From positions 1-61,977 of the forward strand of contig NMRA01000510.1 in the NCBI GenBank assembly GCA_002633005.1: 61,977 nt of DNA, given 5' to 3'. The translations under genes were made by a program, and so were the position numbers. Source of the stretch: Phoronis australis. Lineage: Eukaryota; Animalia; Phoronida. Shown here one piece after another: positions 26,330-38,354 of this stretch (position 1 is its first letter; each line of letters begins with the position of its first letter). The notes below the pieces were generated by a model. It saw nothing but the letters and a program-made list of their open reading frames with translations, searched no databases and was not told where the DNA came from.

Positions 26330-26337
26330 TGACGTCA
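26330..26337. promoter_or_regulatory. CRE/ATF palindrome upstream of the PGAP2-like start
   Basis: TGACGTCA about 100 bp before the ATG in a CpG-richer stretch. Confidence 0.45.
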
Positions 26338-26438
26338 GTGGTGAAGCTTGGAAAGGAGTGTTTGGCTAGTTTCGCTTGTTACGTGTTTTGACTTTTGTCT
26401 TGTTTTGTGAGTGTAAACTTGCCTCAGAATCCGTGTAA

Positions 26439-26627
26439 ATGGGAAGATCAGAAAATTTACGAAAGAATGAGGAAACTACAGAATTCAAAGTTGAAGGGAT
26501 ACTCATTCGAATCCCGTTCCCTCGGATGGCGCTTGCGACCGTGTCTTTGCCGGGTGGATCTCTCGCGTTTTGCTTCATTTCAGCAGTACTGTTTATGCAT
26601 GAGCAAGTAAATGACACCGAGTGTAAG
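26439..26627 (+). CDS. PGAP2: PGAP2-like exon 1
   Basis: ATG 26439 ... TGTAAG|gtgaat; first TM helix and TEC motif. Confidence 0.88.
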
Positions 26628-29600
26628 GTGAATATCGGTATGATCAATTGTTCCTAAATCTAGGTTCCATAGACCTTCTTTTCTTGACTGTGTGAAATTT
26701 GCCTCTGTTCTTCGGTTCTTGGCTTGCAGATGAGTAGGCAGCACTCAGACTCAGTAACAGGCTTGCAGTTGATAGCCTATTGACATACTATTGACATTGT
26801 TGCAATCGGTCTAATTGTAATCTAGCTAGCATAGACAGTGACCACCATCTGTAGCTGGCTCCAGTTGAGACAGTGAAGCTCCGGAAGCTTTTCGATGACT
26901 TATGCCTCACTCTGATTAACTCGTCGTTGTTATAACTACAAGTACCTTTTGCGCATAGAGGACTTAAGGAGACCGTCGATGTCTTTAATTTCTTCCAACT
27001 CGAACAAATACTCCTGTAATCAAACTTTTTCTTCAAGCAGTCCTTCCTTCAGTTGCCGAAATTGGCAACTTAGTGGCTGCGCGCTCCTATTTTTGATTAC
27101 TCCTTAGTGATGGCTTCCTAAGGTGACCCTGCACAGACTCGACAGAGGGTATTTGTAATGACCTGACTTTGATGCTTAAATCAGTGTGAAGCATAATTAG
27201 CTAAACAGCGTCTGTCTCCACTGCGGCCACCTAGAGTTGGTGGTCACTGTCTATAGCTTGCTGTGACTAAATGTCAGAACACGGCTACTGAATGATGTGG
27301 GTAAAAATTGGCATTTTAAGTAAAGCTCGCTTTTTCAGTTCACGACAACTTTGTTTGCAGTCCCATGGCATCAAGACATCAAAATGTAGCCCTAACAAGT
27401 CATTCAAGAATAGATTGTTCCCAATTCCAAATCACTTCATTTACGTAAAGTTCTGCTGTTATCTTGCTCTTTATTAACACCTTTATTAAAGGCCAAGTCA
27501 ACAGTTGGGTGTCTGTTCTCGATGTTATTACTGTTCTAGGTTACTATAAGACCTTAAGTAATGTTTGTTAGCACCTTTTCTAAAAACCACAAATTCACAA
27601 CAGCCCCAGTACAAGAGAGGAGACAAGAATTCAAGTGTTCTTGCACTCTGGATTCCAGAAATTTGTTTTACTTAAACCATGTCATTACCAACCACATTTT
27701 TGTCAATTTCTGCTTGTCTGAAGGGTGCCTGTATTCGTGCCAAATATTTCCTTCTTAACAAGGATGTGTTCTAAAATGGTTTTGGTATGTCAATTGTTTT
27801 ACAGCAAAATGTTGAGCAAGCCCATGGTCTTCAATTTAGGAATCTTATGTTGGCTAAAATGTTGTCTCGTTGGAAACAGGAACGTAACAATTTTTCAACA
27901 GTGTAGTGGTAAAGGACAATTTGCCAAACATTAATGCAAAAATTACTGTAGTTGGTCTTTCTATAACAGGTTGACAACTTCATTCCATCCATCAGTGCCG
28001 TCACTGGGGCTATTCCTGGACGATATGTATGGAGGACTTGTATTGGCCTACACTCAATGCCGAGATTCCTGGTAGCTGTGATATATTACAACTACTACAT
28101 GTCTCTCATAAAGAACGTGTCTCCAGACAGACAAACTCTGTTCAAAGTTCTGGTGCGACTCAACTTCTGGCTCAACACAATTGAAAATGGTTGTCTTGTT
28201 GGTGTCACTGTTGTGTCAAATAAAGAAAACTATCGTAAGTGTTGCTGATCAGCAGTCCTGTTGTTTTCCACTCCTTTGAAGATGATTCTGTTGAGACACT
28301 GTGATTCAGGAGCGTGATTCTGTTACCAATAGCTCCGTGGGACGTGATCATCCCGCCTTTGTCCTGCTTCCCTCAATAGCACCAGAATTTCCGGGTTTTT
28401 TTTGGAATAGAACATAATCACTGATATTTACAGACTCGCACCGTTGCGTTAAGGTTTTGGTGGACCTTATCAACAAGTCAATGCATTTAGAAAAATATCT
28501 AGGAAACTATGGGTTTTAGGTCAGTGAAAGTATTTATTTTCTGAAAGCAGAAAGGCTGTAGAATTTGAATTTTGTCTTTTTACCAGTCTGTTAGTAGTTG
28601 GTCAAATGATCATGTCTTTTTAGCAAAATTTGGCAAAAAAGAAAGATACATTGATGGCAAACTAACAGTAACAATAACATGACATAAATGTTCTAGATGA
28701 GATATCAAAAATGCTGCTACAGTTTTCTAAAATATCATTTCAATTTCGTTTTATGCAATTTTAAAAATTTTTCATGAAAATCATAAAAGTCCTTTATTTT
28801 GGTAGCCCTGCATCCAAAAGTGGAACGTTTTAAAACAAGTTTTTCAGACCAGTGCAAGTTTCATATGAATCCAGTCAGCCACCTGAGTGAGATATGAGGT
28901 TCTGAAGTCAGCCAACTTTGACTATTTTTATAGCTAAGGGTCGTTCATAACACTAGTGTGTGACTGTACTTTTTTCCCACTTTTTACTCTTTACACTCCT
29001 ATTTTCCTTTGTGGTCCCAAAAGCACGACAGTCACAGTGATGTTTCTGGTTCAGTTGGGTCAGNCTCGCACCGTTGCGTTAAGGTTTTGGTGGACCTTAT
29101 CGACAAGTCTATGCATTTAGAAAAATATCTAGGAAACTATGGGTTTTAGGTCAGTGAAAGTATTTATTTTCTGAAAGCAGAAAGGCTGTAGAATTTGAAT
29201 TTTGTCTTTTTACCAGTCTGTTAGTAGTTGGTCAAATGATCATGTCTTTTTAGCAAAATTTGGCAAAAAAGAAAGATACATTGATGGCAAAGTAACAGTA
29301 ACAATAACATGACATAAATGTTCTAGATGAGATATCAAAAATGCTGCTACAGTTTTCTAAAATATCATTTCAATTTCGTTTTATGCAATTTTAAAGATTT
29401 TTCATGAAAATCATAAAAGTCCTTTATTTTGGTAGCCCTGCATCCAAAAGTGGAACGTTTTAAAACAAGTTTTTCAGACCAGTGCAAGTTTCATATGAAT
29501 CCAGTCAGCCACCTGAGTGAGATATGAGGTTCTGAAGTCAGCCAAATTTGACTATTTTTATAGCTAAGGGTCGTTCATAACACTAATGTGTGACTGTACT

Positions 29601-32600
29601 TTTTTCCCACTTTTTACTCTTTACACTCCTATTTTCCTTTGTGGTCCCAAAAGCACGACAGTCACAGTGATGTTTCTGGTTCAGTTGGGTCAGGCATTTT
29701 CCCACTGTGGTATCCTCGATCCAGATTTCCTTCTTTTTCGTTTAGAATGTTGGCAACTGTAACTACATTTCTATTGATGTGTAGATCTGACAATTAATTT
29801 TTTGATTTTAAACCGCCGTTGGGTTTTACTTGCTGTTTCTAATTAAGATGTGATGTTATTCAATAAAAATGACCTTTTGTTGGAAATAGGTGAGATTTTT
29901 CAGTATCTTGAGCAGTGTGGTAATGTACCTAAATGGAGACACTTTTACAGGGAGATTTAGTGATTGACCTTAGTGAACTTAGACTGCACCAATCACTTCA
30001 AGAATCAGTTCAAAAACGTCCTGCTAGCAGGATTATCGTAAACATACTGACAGATTACCGTAACAGGCCCTACAAACAGAATAGAGTTGACAAGCTCACC
30101 AGATAGTGCAAACATTTTCTTTAAACATAGCTACAGGAATCCTTAGATTTCAAGGTATGAGTAAAATGTTGTCCAATACTGTATCTAATGTTCCCACTGC
30201 TATACCCTCGAGTCAGGTCTCTTGCTTCTCAGCCCACTCTTAATTTGTGTATGAGTTATTTGTACAAATAACTTTCAAAAAAATGGTTTCAGGTGTCTGG
30301 TGCATTGGGCCTGGCTGAGCGCCCTGCAGACATCTGATGCCTCGCATATCAGATCTCCTGCACTGTTTTTTTATTATGACCCCAGTGGAGAGATCTGGAG
30401 ACGTTGACTAAAGGTCATTTGCTTGTAACATTCTTCACCAATGGAAATGATTACTGTTAGTGTCCCTAAAAACATTTGTCATTTCAGTATTTGAGAGATT
30501 CAACATGTTTGAGACATTATTTTACTTCAGAGTCTCTCTCAATAATCTTTTCAACCTTTTGTTTTAAAGTATTTCCCGTTACTGTTATAACCCTGATGTT
30601 TGCTGTTACTTTGTTTTGTTGTTTGTTTTCAGCTGTCCATGAAAAAATCTTCATTCTATTTATGGTCACGGGGTTGTGTTATATGTTGCTGAACACTATT
30701 CTGTTTGCTTGGACGAGGGGTGGCGAGTGGAATGCAGTGGTAAGAGCTGAACTGTTGGCTTGCAGTAAACACATTTTTGTCACATTAGAGACTGTTCACA
30801 GTTATCACCCTTACTAAGGCTTTTGATTGTTTTGAGACATTTTTAACTTTTTAAAAAGTGAAAGTGGATATTTGTTTAATTTTGTTATTTTGCAACACCA
30901 TAATTGCGATGGAATAGAATATAATCACTTCCGTAGAGATGATTCAGGCTCAACGCAGACGTTTTGTCCTGGTCTGCCAGGCCTTTTTCAATGAGTGAGG
31001 GGTTTCCCGCCTTTTGCTGATTAAGTATTACCAATGACCAACTTATTCTACAGAACATAATTGTGATGTGAAAGGTTTAGTACAAAGCGAAAGTGGCGAT
31101 GATTGTAAACAGTTCCTAAGCTGGGTGAAAATAATCAACCAAAGTTTAACGGTCATTTTGCTGGCTTCTGTGCACAGTTGAAGTTGCCGAAAACTATGTA
31201 AACTATGTGCCATGGTTTATTTAAATGTTAGTCTAACTGTGGAGAATGACAGATCTTGGAAGGCTGACCATATTTCATGTTTTGTCTGTCTTTTTGCATT
31301 ATTCTTGTGTTTGATATCTTTGTCTAACTTTGTTTGCATGATTTATTTGTAAAGAATTCCATCAATTGTATCTACAACAATTGTCCAGGTTAATTCCTAG
31401 GATACTTACATTGGCAAATCAAAAATTGTGGTGGGCATCACAGTAGGAAGGTATGGACATTCAAAAACTAAATTTTTGTGAAGTCTAAATTGGGCATTTA
31501 CCTGTCAGTGAGCAATTGATTCCCTTACACACCATTCTTTCCTCAAGAACTATTTCACATCTAATGTAAAAATATTTGTATTCCCTGCCCAAATATGGCA
31601 ATGTGCCAGTGAAACTGACTGATTTGTGAGTTGCATACATTCTGGGTGCTAAAATTTTCATACTCTTACCATATTAGACAGGTATTTACTACGACACAGG
31701 CACATTTAAGTTAGTCTTGATTGTATAAATTGGGGATGAACATTAGCAGAGTAGGCAATTAGTTGAATTTAAACATTTATACTGATCAGTATGTTATATG
31801 GAGTATTTACCAAGATGAGTGTGGTATATGGACTATTGCTGTAGCCTTGCTGCTGTGACCAGTGATTATTTATCTAACCAGTACTTCTCGAGCTTTTCTC
31901 TTTACTTTCCATTCTCTCAGTCCACGACACTTTTGGAAAACTTGACTGCAAATACCACCTGGCATTTCATTGTTCTGTTACTGTTGGTTGATGTTGGTAC
32001 TAATTGTAACATTGAATTGCTCATTTTGCAGGATTTAAGGTCATATAAAGAGAAGAAAATATTCTTCATCTCAATCATGTTAGCAACTATGGGTCTTCTG
32101 TTTTTCTTCTTCAAACATCGCCTATACTGTGAACCTTACGGTAAGTGATGGCTCTTTACTAAATGAACCCTTTTGTTACTGAACCATCACGCTATTGATG
32201 ACTAGAGTGAACCAGTCAAAAGTGTAGTCGACACTGCTAGTTCAGCTATAACAAGTTACTCGTAGAATGCGTTGTCGCAAGGTATAGTTTCAATGTGTCC
32301 GCTACTTGCACTAGGGTCTTGACACGCGTGTAACATGTTGGTTATGATTTCTACTCTACTCATTTTGAGACCTGTGCTAAATTTTAGCCAAAGTCATGCG
32401 TTTTTTTGAAATGCTACACAACACTTCATAAACAAGGGTAAGCAAGGTTTGAAACACTGCTCGTCTCGGCTCGGGTGGATTTTTTGTTTTAAAAAATGAG
32501 CAACTAAAAAGAATGCACCACCAACTTGGTCATCAAAAAATGAACTAACTGTGCTCTATTGGCCTAATAACTCTTCGGTGTAAATAATTTAGAGTTAATT

Positions 32601-32899
32601 TTCAAAAATAATAAATTTAGACCATAGAAATTTTATAATCTGCAAAGCATTAATTATAGGAGAGATTTTAAACTTGTCTTGCTTTTTACTTTGGTAAGAT
32701 TTACTCTATGTCTAAATAAGTCATAAATGTATTTGTTGTTTCAGCATTCAGCTATTTTTCACTTTGTGAGTTCATCATAGCGTATACCAACATGGGTTAC
32801 CACTATTCAGCCAGATATGAGTTTGGGAAACGGGAATGGGTGACAGCAATACCAATTGGACCAGACAACAATTTGAACAACCATGTCAAGTCCAGCTGA
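26439..32899 (+). CDS. PGAP2: Post-GPI attachment to proteins factor 2-like (Frag1/DRAM/Sfk1 family), 274 aa; join(26439-26627, 27970-28234, 30633-30739, 32032-32140, 32745-32899)
   Basis: Five phase-consistent GT-AG exons totalling 825 nt. Family motifs seen: TECKVDNFIPSISA, RYVWRTCIGLHSMPRFLVA, RLNFWLNTIEN, ENYPVHEKIF, DLRSYKEK, HRLYCEP, CEFIIAYTNMGYH. Orthologue versus invertebrate paralogue is not resolved. Confidence 0.93.
26830..27257. mobile_element. MITE with ~44-bp imperfect TIRs in PGAP2-like intron 1
   Basis: ATAGACAGTGACCACCATCTGTAGCTGGCTCCAGTTGAGACAG versus the reverse complement of CTGTCTCCACTGCGGCCACCTAGAGTTGGTGGTCACTGTCTAT. Confidence 0.75.
27970..28234 (+). CDS. PGAP2: PGAP2-like exon 2
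   Basis: taacag|GTTGAC...TATC|gtaagt; 265 nt. Confidence 0.93.
28435..29693. repeat. 629-bp tandem duplication across a single N (probable assembly artefact)
   Basis: 28435-29063 repeated at 29065-29693 with 6 substitutions; N at 29064. Confidence 0.9.
28453..28951. mobile_element. Kolobok-like TTAA element, family C (repeated at 29083-29581)
   Basis: TTAA|GGTTTTG start; diverged reverse-complement homology to 43518-44043 at both ends. Confidence 0.6.
30633..30739 (+). CDS. PGAP2: PGAP2-like exon 3
   Basis: tttcag|CTGTCCAT...GCAGTG|gtaaga; 107 nt. Confidence 0.92.
32032..32140 (+). CDS. PGAP2: PGAP2-like exon 4
   Basis: ttgcag|GATTTAAGG...TACG|gtaagt; 109 nt. Confidence 0.92.
32745..32899 (+). 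CDS. PGAP2: PGAP2-like exon 5 (stop)
   Basis: tttcag|CATTCAGC...AGCTGA; AFSYFSLCEFIIAYTNMGYHYSARYEFG...SS*. Confidence 0.92.
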
Positions 32900-34209
32900 T
32901 GTGGTACACTTGTACAGTCTTTGCGAATATCTTTGTACCAGTATGTATTGCAAAGCCTAGTTTATACAAAACGTACTAGGAATCATGGTAAGGAGGTGCT
33001 TAAAGGTAGATATTTTTCTTGATGTATTTCTTCATAAAATTTAGAATGAACATCGGACGCACGGACTGAACTGCTACCTCAGAAAGCAACTGCGGGATAT
33101 GCTGGTAGCATCATGCCTAGAATTAGTGGTAGTCTATCGTAGAATTTTTTTGCAAGCAAAATTCTCAAGCCATAGTTGCTAATTGAAGCAATTACAAATA
33201 CCGTATTCGCCCTAATAAGTGCCCAGGGCGCTTAGAAAAATTTGTTTCAGGTGGGGTCGCCTATTATAGCCTAAGGCAGTTGAAACCCGGTCTCCGAAAC
33301 AGGTGAAATCTTAAACTAGGATTCATCAAGTTTACGCTCTGTGACGTATCTGTAACCTATGACACACTTTCTACAAAACTGGTGAATTGCTATCAAGCTT
33401 CGTTGTTAAATTACAATAATTTTTCAGGCCAAAAAAACTCATTGACTGATGTGTCGCTGCCACGCGATCGTCAATAGAGCAACTTGAATTCTTGAAATGA
33501 AAATACACTCGATAAATGACCTGATGTCCTCCGTAAGTTTTTAAAATAGCGTCCCTAAGATTTTTAAGTTCTTGTGGAGTTGGGATTAACTGCATGTTAA
33601 GTCCAAATCTGCACTAGATTGTACCCCACAACGCAAGAAAAATCTCGGGACGAACACGCATGTTGTTACGTGACGTTTGTTTTGAGGTTCGTCTGTGTAT
33701 TGTGTGAGTGGGCGAGCGCTTGCGTGTCACCAGAGTTCATTTGCCAGAGTAAACGCAGTGTAACGATCTAGGTGTGTATTGTAACTAAAGAAATTAACAC
33801 AAGCAGTAAAGCAGAACATGTTTTATTTAGCACTCTTGTTGATCTTATCTGCTAAAAAACGTTCGAGAATTGTCTCGGTGAGTCGTCGGGTTACTGGATG
33901 TCTCACAGTCTAACAGTTATTTTCCGGGAGATTTGCGAGGTGTAAGGGTGTGGAAGTGTTCACTATCATTGGGTTATTGTGGCTTTAAAAACACCAATAA
34001 TGATTAGTTAAATAATTCCTCCTAAAAATAACGCGAACATTTTTTTCGTATTAGAAACTTTCGGAAATTAGTGCCAATATCTATTTTTGCCGATGCTATG
34101 CTACCCGTTTCATGAATAGACAGTTCCTGAAGACTAAAGTCTTTGATGACGGGTACATGTATGTAGCGCGTACTTCCTGGCCACGTGCTTTTAACAAAGG
34201 TCAATTTTT

Positions 34210-34500
34210 ACTATTGATTTTCACGTGTACAAAAAAATTTGGATTCCTCCTGAGAGAGAAGATCTGTATGGGAAAGATAGTTTACAATACAATCTCTTTG
34301 ACAAGAACGCTGCGTCTGTTCTAAAAGGCCAGGCCATAATGGGACACGTTCCTCGCAAGATCAGCAAAACTTTTACATTCTTTTTGAAGCACGGCGGAAG
34401 ATTGAAGTGTATAGTCACGGCTAAATACTGATATTGTGATGAGGCTCATGGTCTATAAATTCGGGGCTCGATAACTTTTTCAGGACTGTCAGATCTTATT
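34210..34500 (+). pseudogene. HIRAN-like domain relic
   Basis: FHVYKKIWIP...NLFDKNAASV...MGHVPRKISKTFTFFLKHGGRLKCIVTAKY*YCDEAHGL*IRGSITFSG, with in-frame stops. Confidence 0.7.
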
Positions 34501-34515
34501 GATAAGACATTAGAA

Positions 34516-34585
34516 TTTTAGAACTGCAGGTAAAGCATTTTAGAACTGCAGGTAAAGCATTTTAGAACTGCAGGTAAAGCATTTT
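34516..34585. repeat. 22-bp tandem repeat x3
   Basis: TTTTAGAACTGCAGGTAAAGCA, three perfect units. Confidence 0.95.
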
Positions 34586-35489
34586 TCGCATGTACATTAT
34601 CATGCACTGGACGCTTATTTTAGCAAAGTCTGAGAACGCGTGGGGGGTGCTTATAGGGGCATTGGGCGCTTATTGGTGTGAATACGGTAGTCTTAACACC
34701 AGTGAACTGTAAAGAAATATGGAAATTTTATGAAGATTATATCATCCAAATGCCAGGCTATGTTTACTAGGTTATACGAATAGTGAAATCTCTGTTTCCT
34801 TCATTTCTAACACTCTCAACTGGGATCAGCTGCATGTCAGCTTGGTTTCAGTGTCAAAGTGCTCAGTGGTGATTGGACCATTGTTTGGTGCAAATGTTTT
34901 GTAAAATTATGGAAAAATCATCCAGTAGAAATGAGAACGACGGGGTTGTGCATCATTTAGTATCCATCTACACAGAAGAATTCTAATAATTAATGGAGTG
35001 CTATCCATTCCTAAATATAGAGATTTCATTGTTTTGAACTAAAGGTATTAAAATAATGAATTGACAGGATTGTACATGTTGTGAACTTTTGCTGTAACCA
35101 GCACGAACATGAAGCTGATCATGACCAGCAACAAATGTTATTCAGTGTATTCTTGTCTGGTGATCATGTCAAATAGGATGATAAACTAGAGTGTCAGTTT
35201 ATTGAACTCATCACTGTTTTAGAGGTTTTTCTATTACTTATGACTTTCTATTTTTAATTTTATGATGTTCAACTTTGAGACTATACCTTTAAGAATTTTT
35301 CAATGGTAGTGATATAAATTGTGGGAATTAATCATGTCTACTAAAAATCTGGTGTACATTTTTTTAAAGGAGAATGTTACCTTTTTCTCTTCAGGTATGT
35401 TGGGGCAATTCCAAAATAGCTTTTGTGACTAGTGAAATATGCTAAGTTAACATACATGCCTTAAAAATATAACATCTTTCTTGAACAAA

Positions 35490-36430
35490 AATGCAGGATC
35501 CTAATCAGAATTGGCAGATGTGATCTGGGTGAGCGATGACGACAAATTTTGGACCAATTTAACTTCTGCTGTGCCCCTTGATGTATATTTATTAAATTTA
35601 GCAAATAGGTTTCTGTTAAGAAGACAAAGCCTTCCTATTTTCAGACTGATTTAACGTATGCTGCACCACATTTTTAAAATTTTCGAGTTTGTTTTTGGCA
35701 TCCTCTTCTCTATCCGCCAAACCGCTCAAAGAGTCATTGTGAAAATTGGCAGATAATGTATTTGAAGAGAAGACTGCAGCTGACAGGTTTGACTACTTTG
35801 GCACCCCCTAGTGATGGTTTTGTTTTTTTGCTTCTTTGGCTGTATTTCCTGACAACCCTTTACAGGATCATTGTGAAATTTGACAAACATGTTCCTATGG
35901 AGCTGACAATGGATGACGACCAGTTTCAAACTATTCTGACTACGGCTGTTTCCCCTGGTGGCAATTTTAGTTTTTTATGTTTGCCTCAGTATTGTCAGAT
36001 TTTTTAATGAAATTTAGCAAATAAGTTTCTGCAGCTTTCCATTTTGGGAAGGATTCTATTTATTTTGCACCTGATCTGGTGGCCATTTTTATTATCGTCT
36101 GCCTCTGTTCATGCCAAACTGCTCAGAGGATCATTTTGAAAATGGGCAAATGTGATTCCTACTGACAAGAACAGGACCAACATGGATTTTCTGATGAGCC
36201 CGTCTACATTGGTGCTCCCTGGTGACATTTTTGCAACTTCGGCAGTATCTCCCAAACCCCCTTGTAAAGTCTTTTGGAAGTATGGCAGGTGTATTCCCAT
36301 AAACATTTGCCTCTGTAATCCTTGACTGATCTCCATGAAATTTAACTAGTAGCTTTCTACTTGGGAGACGATGACACCTTGATATTTTTGGTGGCGTTCA
36401 ATGCAAACTGCGCTATCTAATGGCCATTTT
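35490..36430 (+). mobile_element. Interspersed repeat family B (Helentron/HINE-like), copy 2
   Basis: Internal quasi-periodic GAAATTT(G/A)GCA(G/A)AT and CCCCT(G/A)GTG motifs; homology to 8486-9560; boundaries approximate. Confidence 0.5.
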
Positions 36431-37492
36431 TACGATACTAATAAAACCCCTAGAAGCACATCATTTGCGGTGCATTCAAGCGAATTGTAAGTGGAACCAT
36501 TTTAAGTCAAGTCCACTATTCTCGTACAACAGAGGACCATTGCTTCATTAGGTTTATATGATGAGTATTGCATAATTTTAGAATTATGGTGTCTGTTTAC
36601 ACAAATACCTGTTGTAAAAAATCTGTGACATACTATTGTTTAATATATACCTTACACATAGATATTAGTTGTTTTGACTCTGTGGCCGTGGTGGGTTAGA
36701 CTACGATTTTACTGTGGAATATCCACATTTCAGATTATATGTGATACAGTTCTGTAGTTTAGACTTCTGAAATACATTGTCATCTAGCAAGATCCGTGAA
36801 ATATAAGTCATACATGTACGCCACAATACATGGAATTGTGTGTGTTTGTCTTACCTCCATGTACGAACCATTATTGTGTAGTGTATCATGTTATATTACG
36901 TGTACTAGATGACCTGTTGTCTTGGTGTGTCATGGACACCTCATTGGAATGCACAACATAATATAGCATTTCTATGGCTGCAATTCATCATGATTCATGG
37001 TGGAAAAGTAGTTATTAAATAGAGATTTCCCAACGTCAAGTCAATCAAGATGTCCAAATGCTATGTCAGCTTTGTCGCATTGCCTGATGATAAACCGTGG
37101 TCCATCACTGTTACACTGTCAGTATAGGCTTGTAAACAGCTTGATTTGTACCGATTGGTGTTTCCATATACTGAAATACTTATTACTATCTGTATAATTA
37201 CTATCCATAATTATTAATTGCAATATGATTTCTGTTTCTGAGTCCAGCATCACATGACACCTCTTTCAAACCTTGTCCACACAACAGTTTTTCCCGGTCT
37301 ATAAATTCCAACCATGGGTCAGAATCAAGATTACCTATTTGTTATCATTATACTCCTGTTTGTGTTGTATTTCGGCAATCATAACAGGCTGTCCTCAGTT
37401 GATCTCCTTTTTATCGGAGGTAGAAAAATCTCCATGATAGCAAGTAGCAGCATATGTTGGTAAAACAAGTGACAATAGATTTAAATTAACCG

Positions 37493-37536
37493 GCTTGACA
37501 TGTTTCAGCGTTTATTAAAACACCATCCTCAGAAGC
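37493..37536 (-). ncRNA. Minimal type I hammerhead ribozyme motif (Penelope-like element type)
   Basis: GCUU-CUGAGGA-U-GGUGUUU-UAAU-AAACGCU-GAAA-CAU-GUC-AAGC: conserved core, 7-bp stem II, palindromic ACAUGU stem III, GUC site and 4-bp stem I. Confidence 0.7.
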
Positions 37537-37748
37537 AAAAACGGTGGCCACCTTGCTCAAGGCCCAACAAGTAATGGTACACAGGCACAGTCAGTTACAA
37601 GGGAGTAACAGTAGACTAGACTGACCATGACAACCTGTTCCCTGTAACTGACTGTGTCTGTGTAACATTACTTGTTGTTGGGTCTATATCAAGGTGGCCT
37701 CTGTGTAATGCTTCTGAGGATGGTGTTTGAATAAGCGCTGAAACATGT
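37498..37748. repeat. Long imperfect inverted repeat (~110-bp arms), probable Penelope-like element remnant
   Basis: 37498-37612 is the imperfect reverse complement of ~37638-37748. Confidence 0.8.
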
Positions 37749-37753
37749 AGGTG
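37710..37753 (+). ncRNA. Second, degenerate hammerhead motif (inverted copy)
   Basis: GCUU-CUGAGGA-U-GGUGUUU-GAAU-AAGCGCU-GAAA-CAU-GUA-GGUG; stem I is weak. Confidence 0.5.
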
Positions 37754-38354
37754 GATAAGTCTATAGCATGACTGACCTACTGTTGAAAATGTCAGATACT
37801 CCTGGGTTGATTTACAAGGGAAGAACAATATATTGCTCACTGATATTTGCCCTGTTTGTCAATTTCTTGGTGTCAACCTTGCAACTTAAAATGCGATGAT
37901 GAAACAGGTTTGCTTGAATTACTATGATAATCATGAATTACGCAATACCTAGGATGTGATATTGCGACTTGTACATTTGCACACAGAGAAGCAAAAGTGT
38001 GTGACACGAGTTGCATTGTGGGAACATTTCTTGGAATGAGAGTGATGCTCTACTGTTTCAGGACAGGTCTATTTACTGTGCTCATGGTATTGTTGATTTT
38101 TTTCCTTGCGTTGATGTTATATCACACAGGATTCCACTTGGTTAGATGCCAAGTAATATGCATTGATTGTCAGATACACGTTCACATTTTTACGATATTT
38201 AACTCTTATGGTTTTAATTCCCAAAAATCATACCAGCACATTTTTGTTTCTCATTAGGTCTTGTCCTGTGAAAAAATCTGTCTTGTAGATGGGTTAAGTC
38301 TTTTGCTGAGAAAATTAGCAATGCAAAGTGACCATAGTGAGATGAAGTGTCTTA

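Larger units (their letters stand above)
33201..34687. mobile_element. Tc1/mariner-superfamily-type non-autonomous element with a HIRAN-like cargo relic
   Basis: TA|CCGTATTCGCCCTAATAAGTGCCCA ... TGGGCGCTTATTGGTGTGAATACGG|TA; TA TSD. Confidence 0.85.

Noticed and set aside
30203-30410. Academ-like MITE
   Set aside because: The terminal inverted match is too degenerate and there is no clear TSD.
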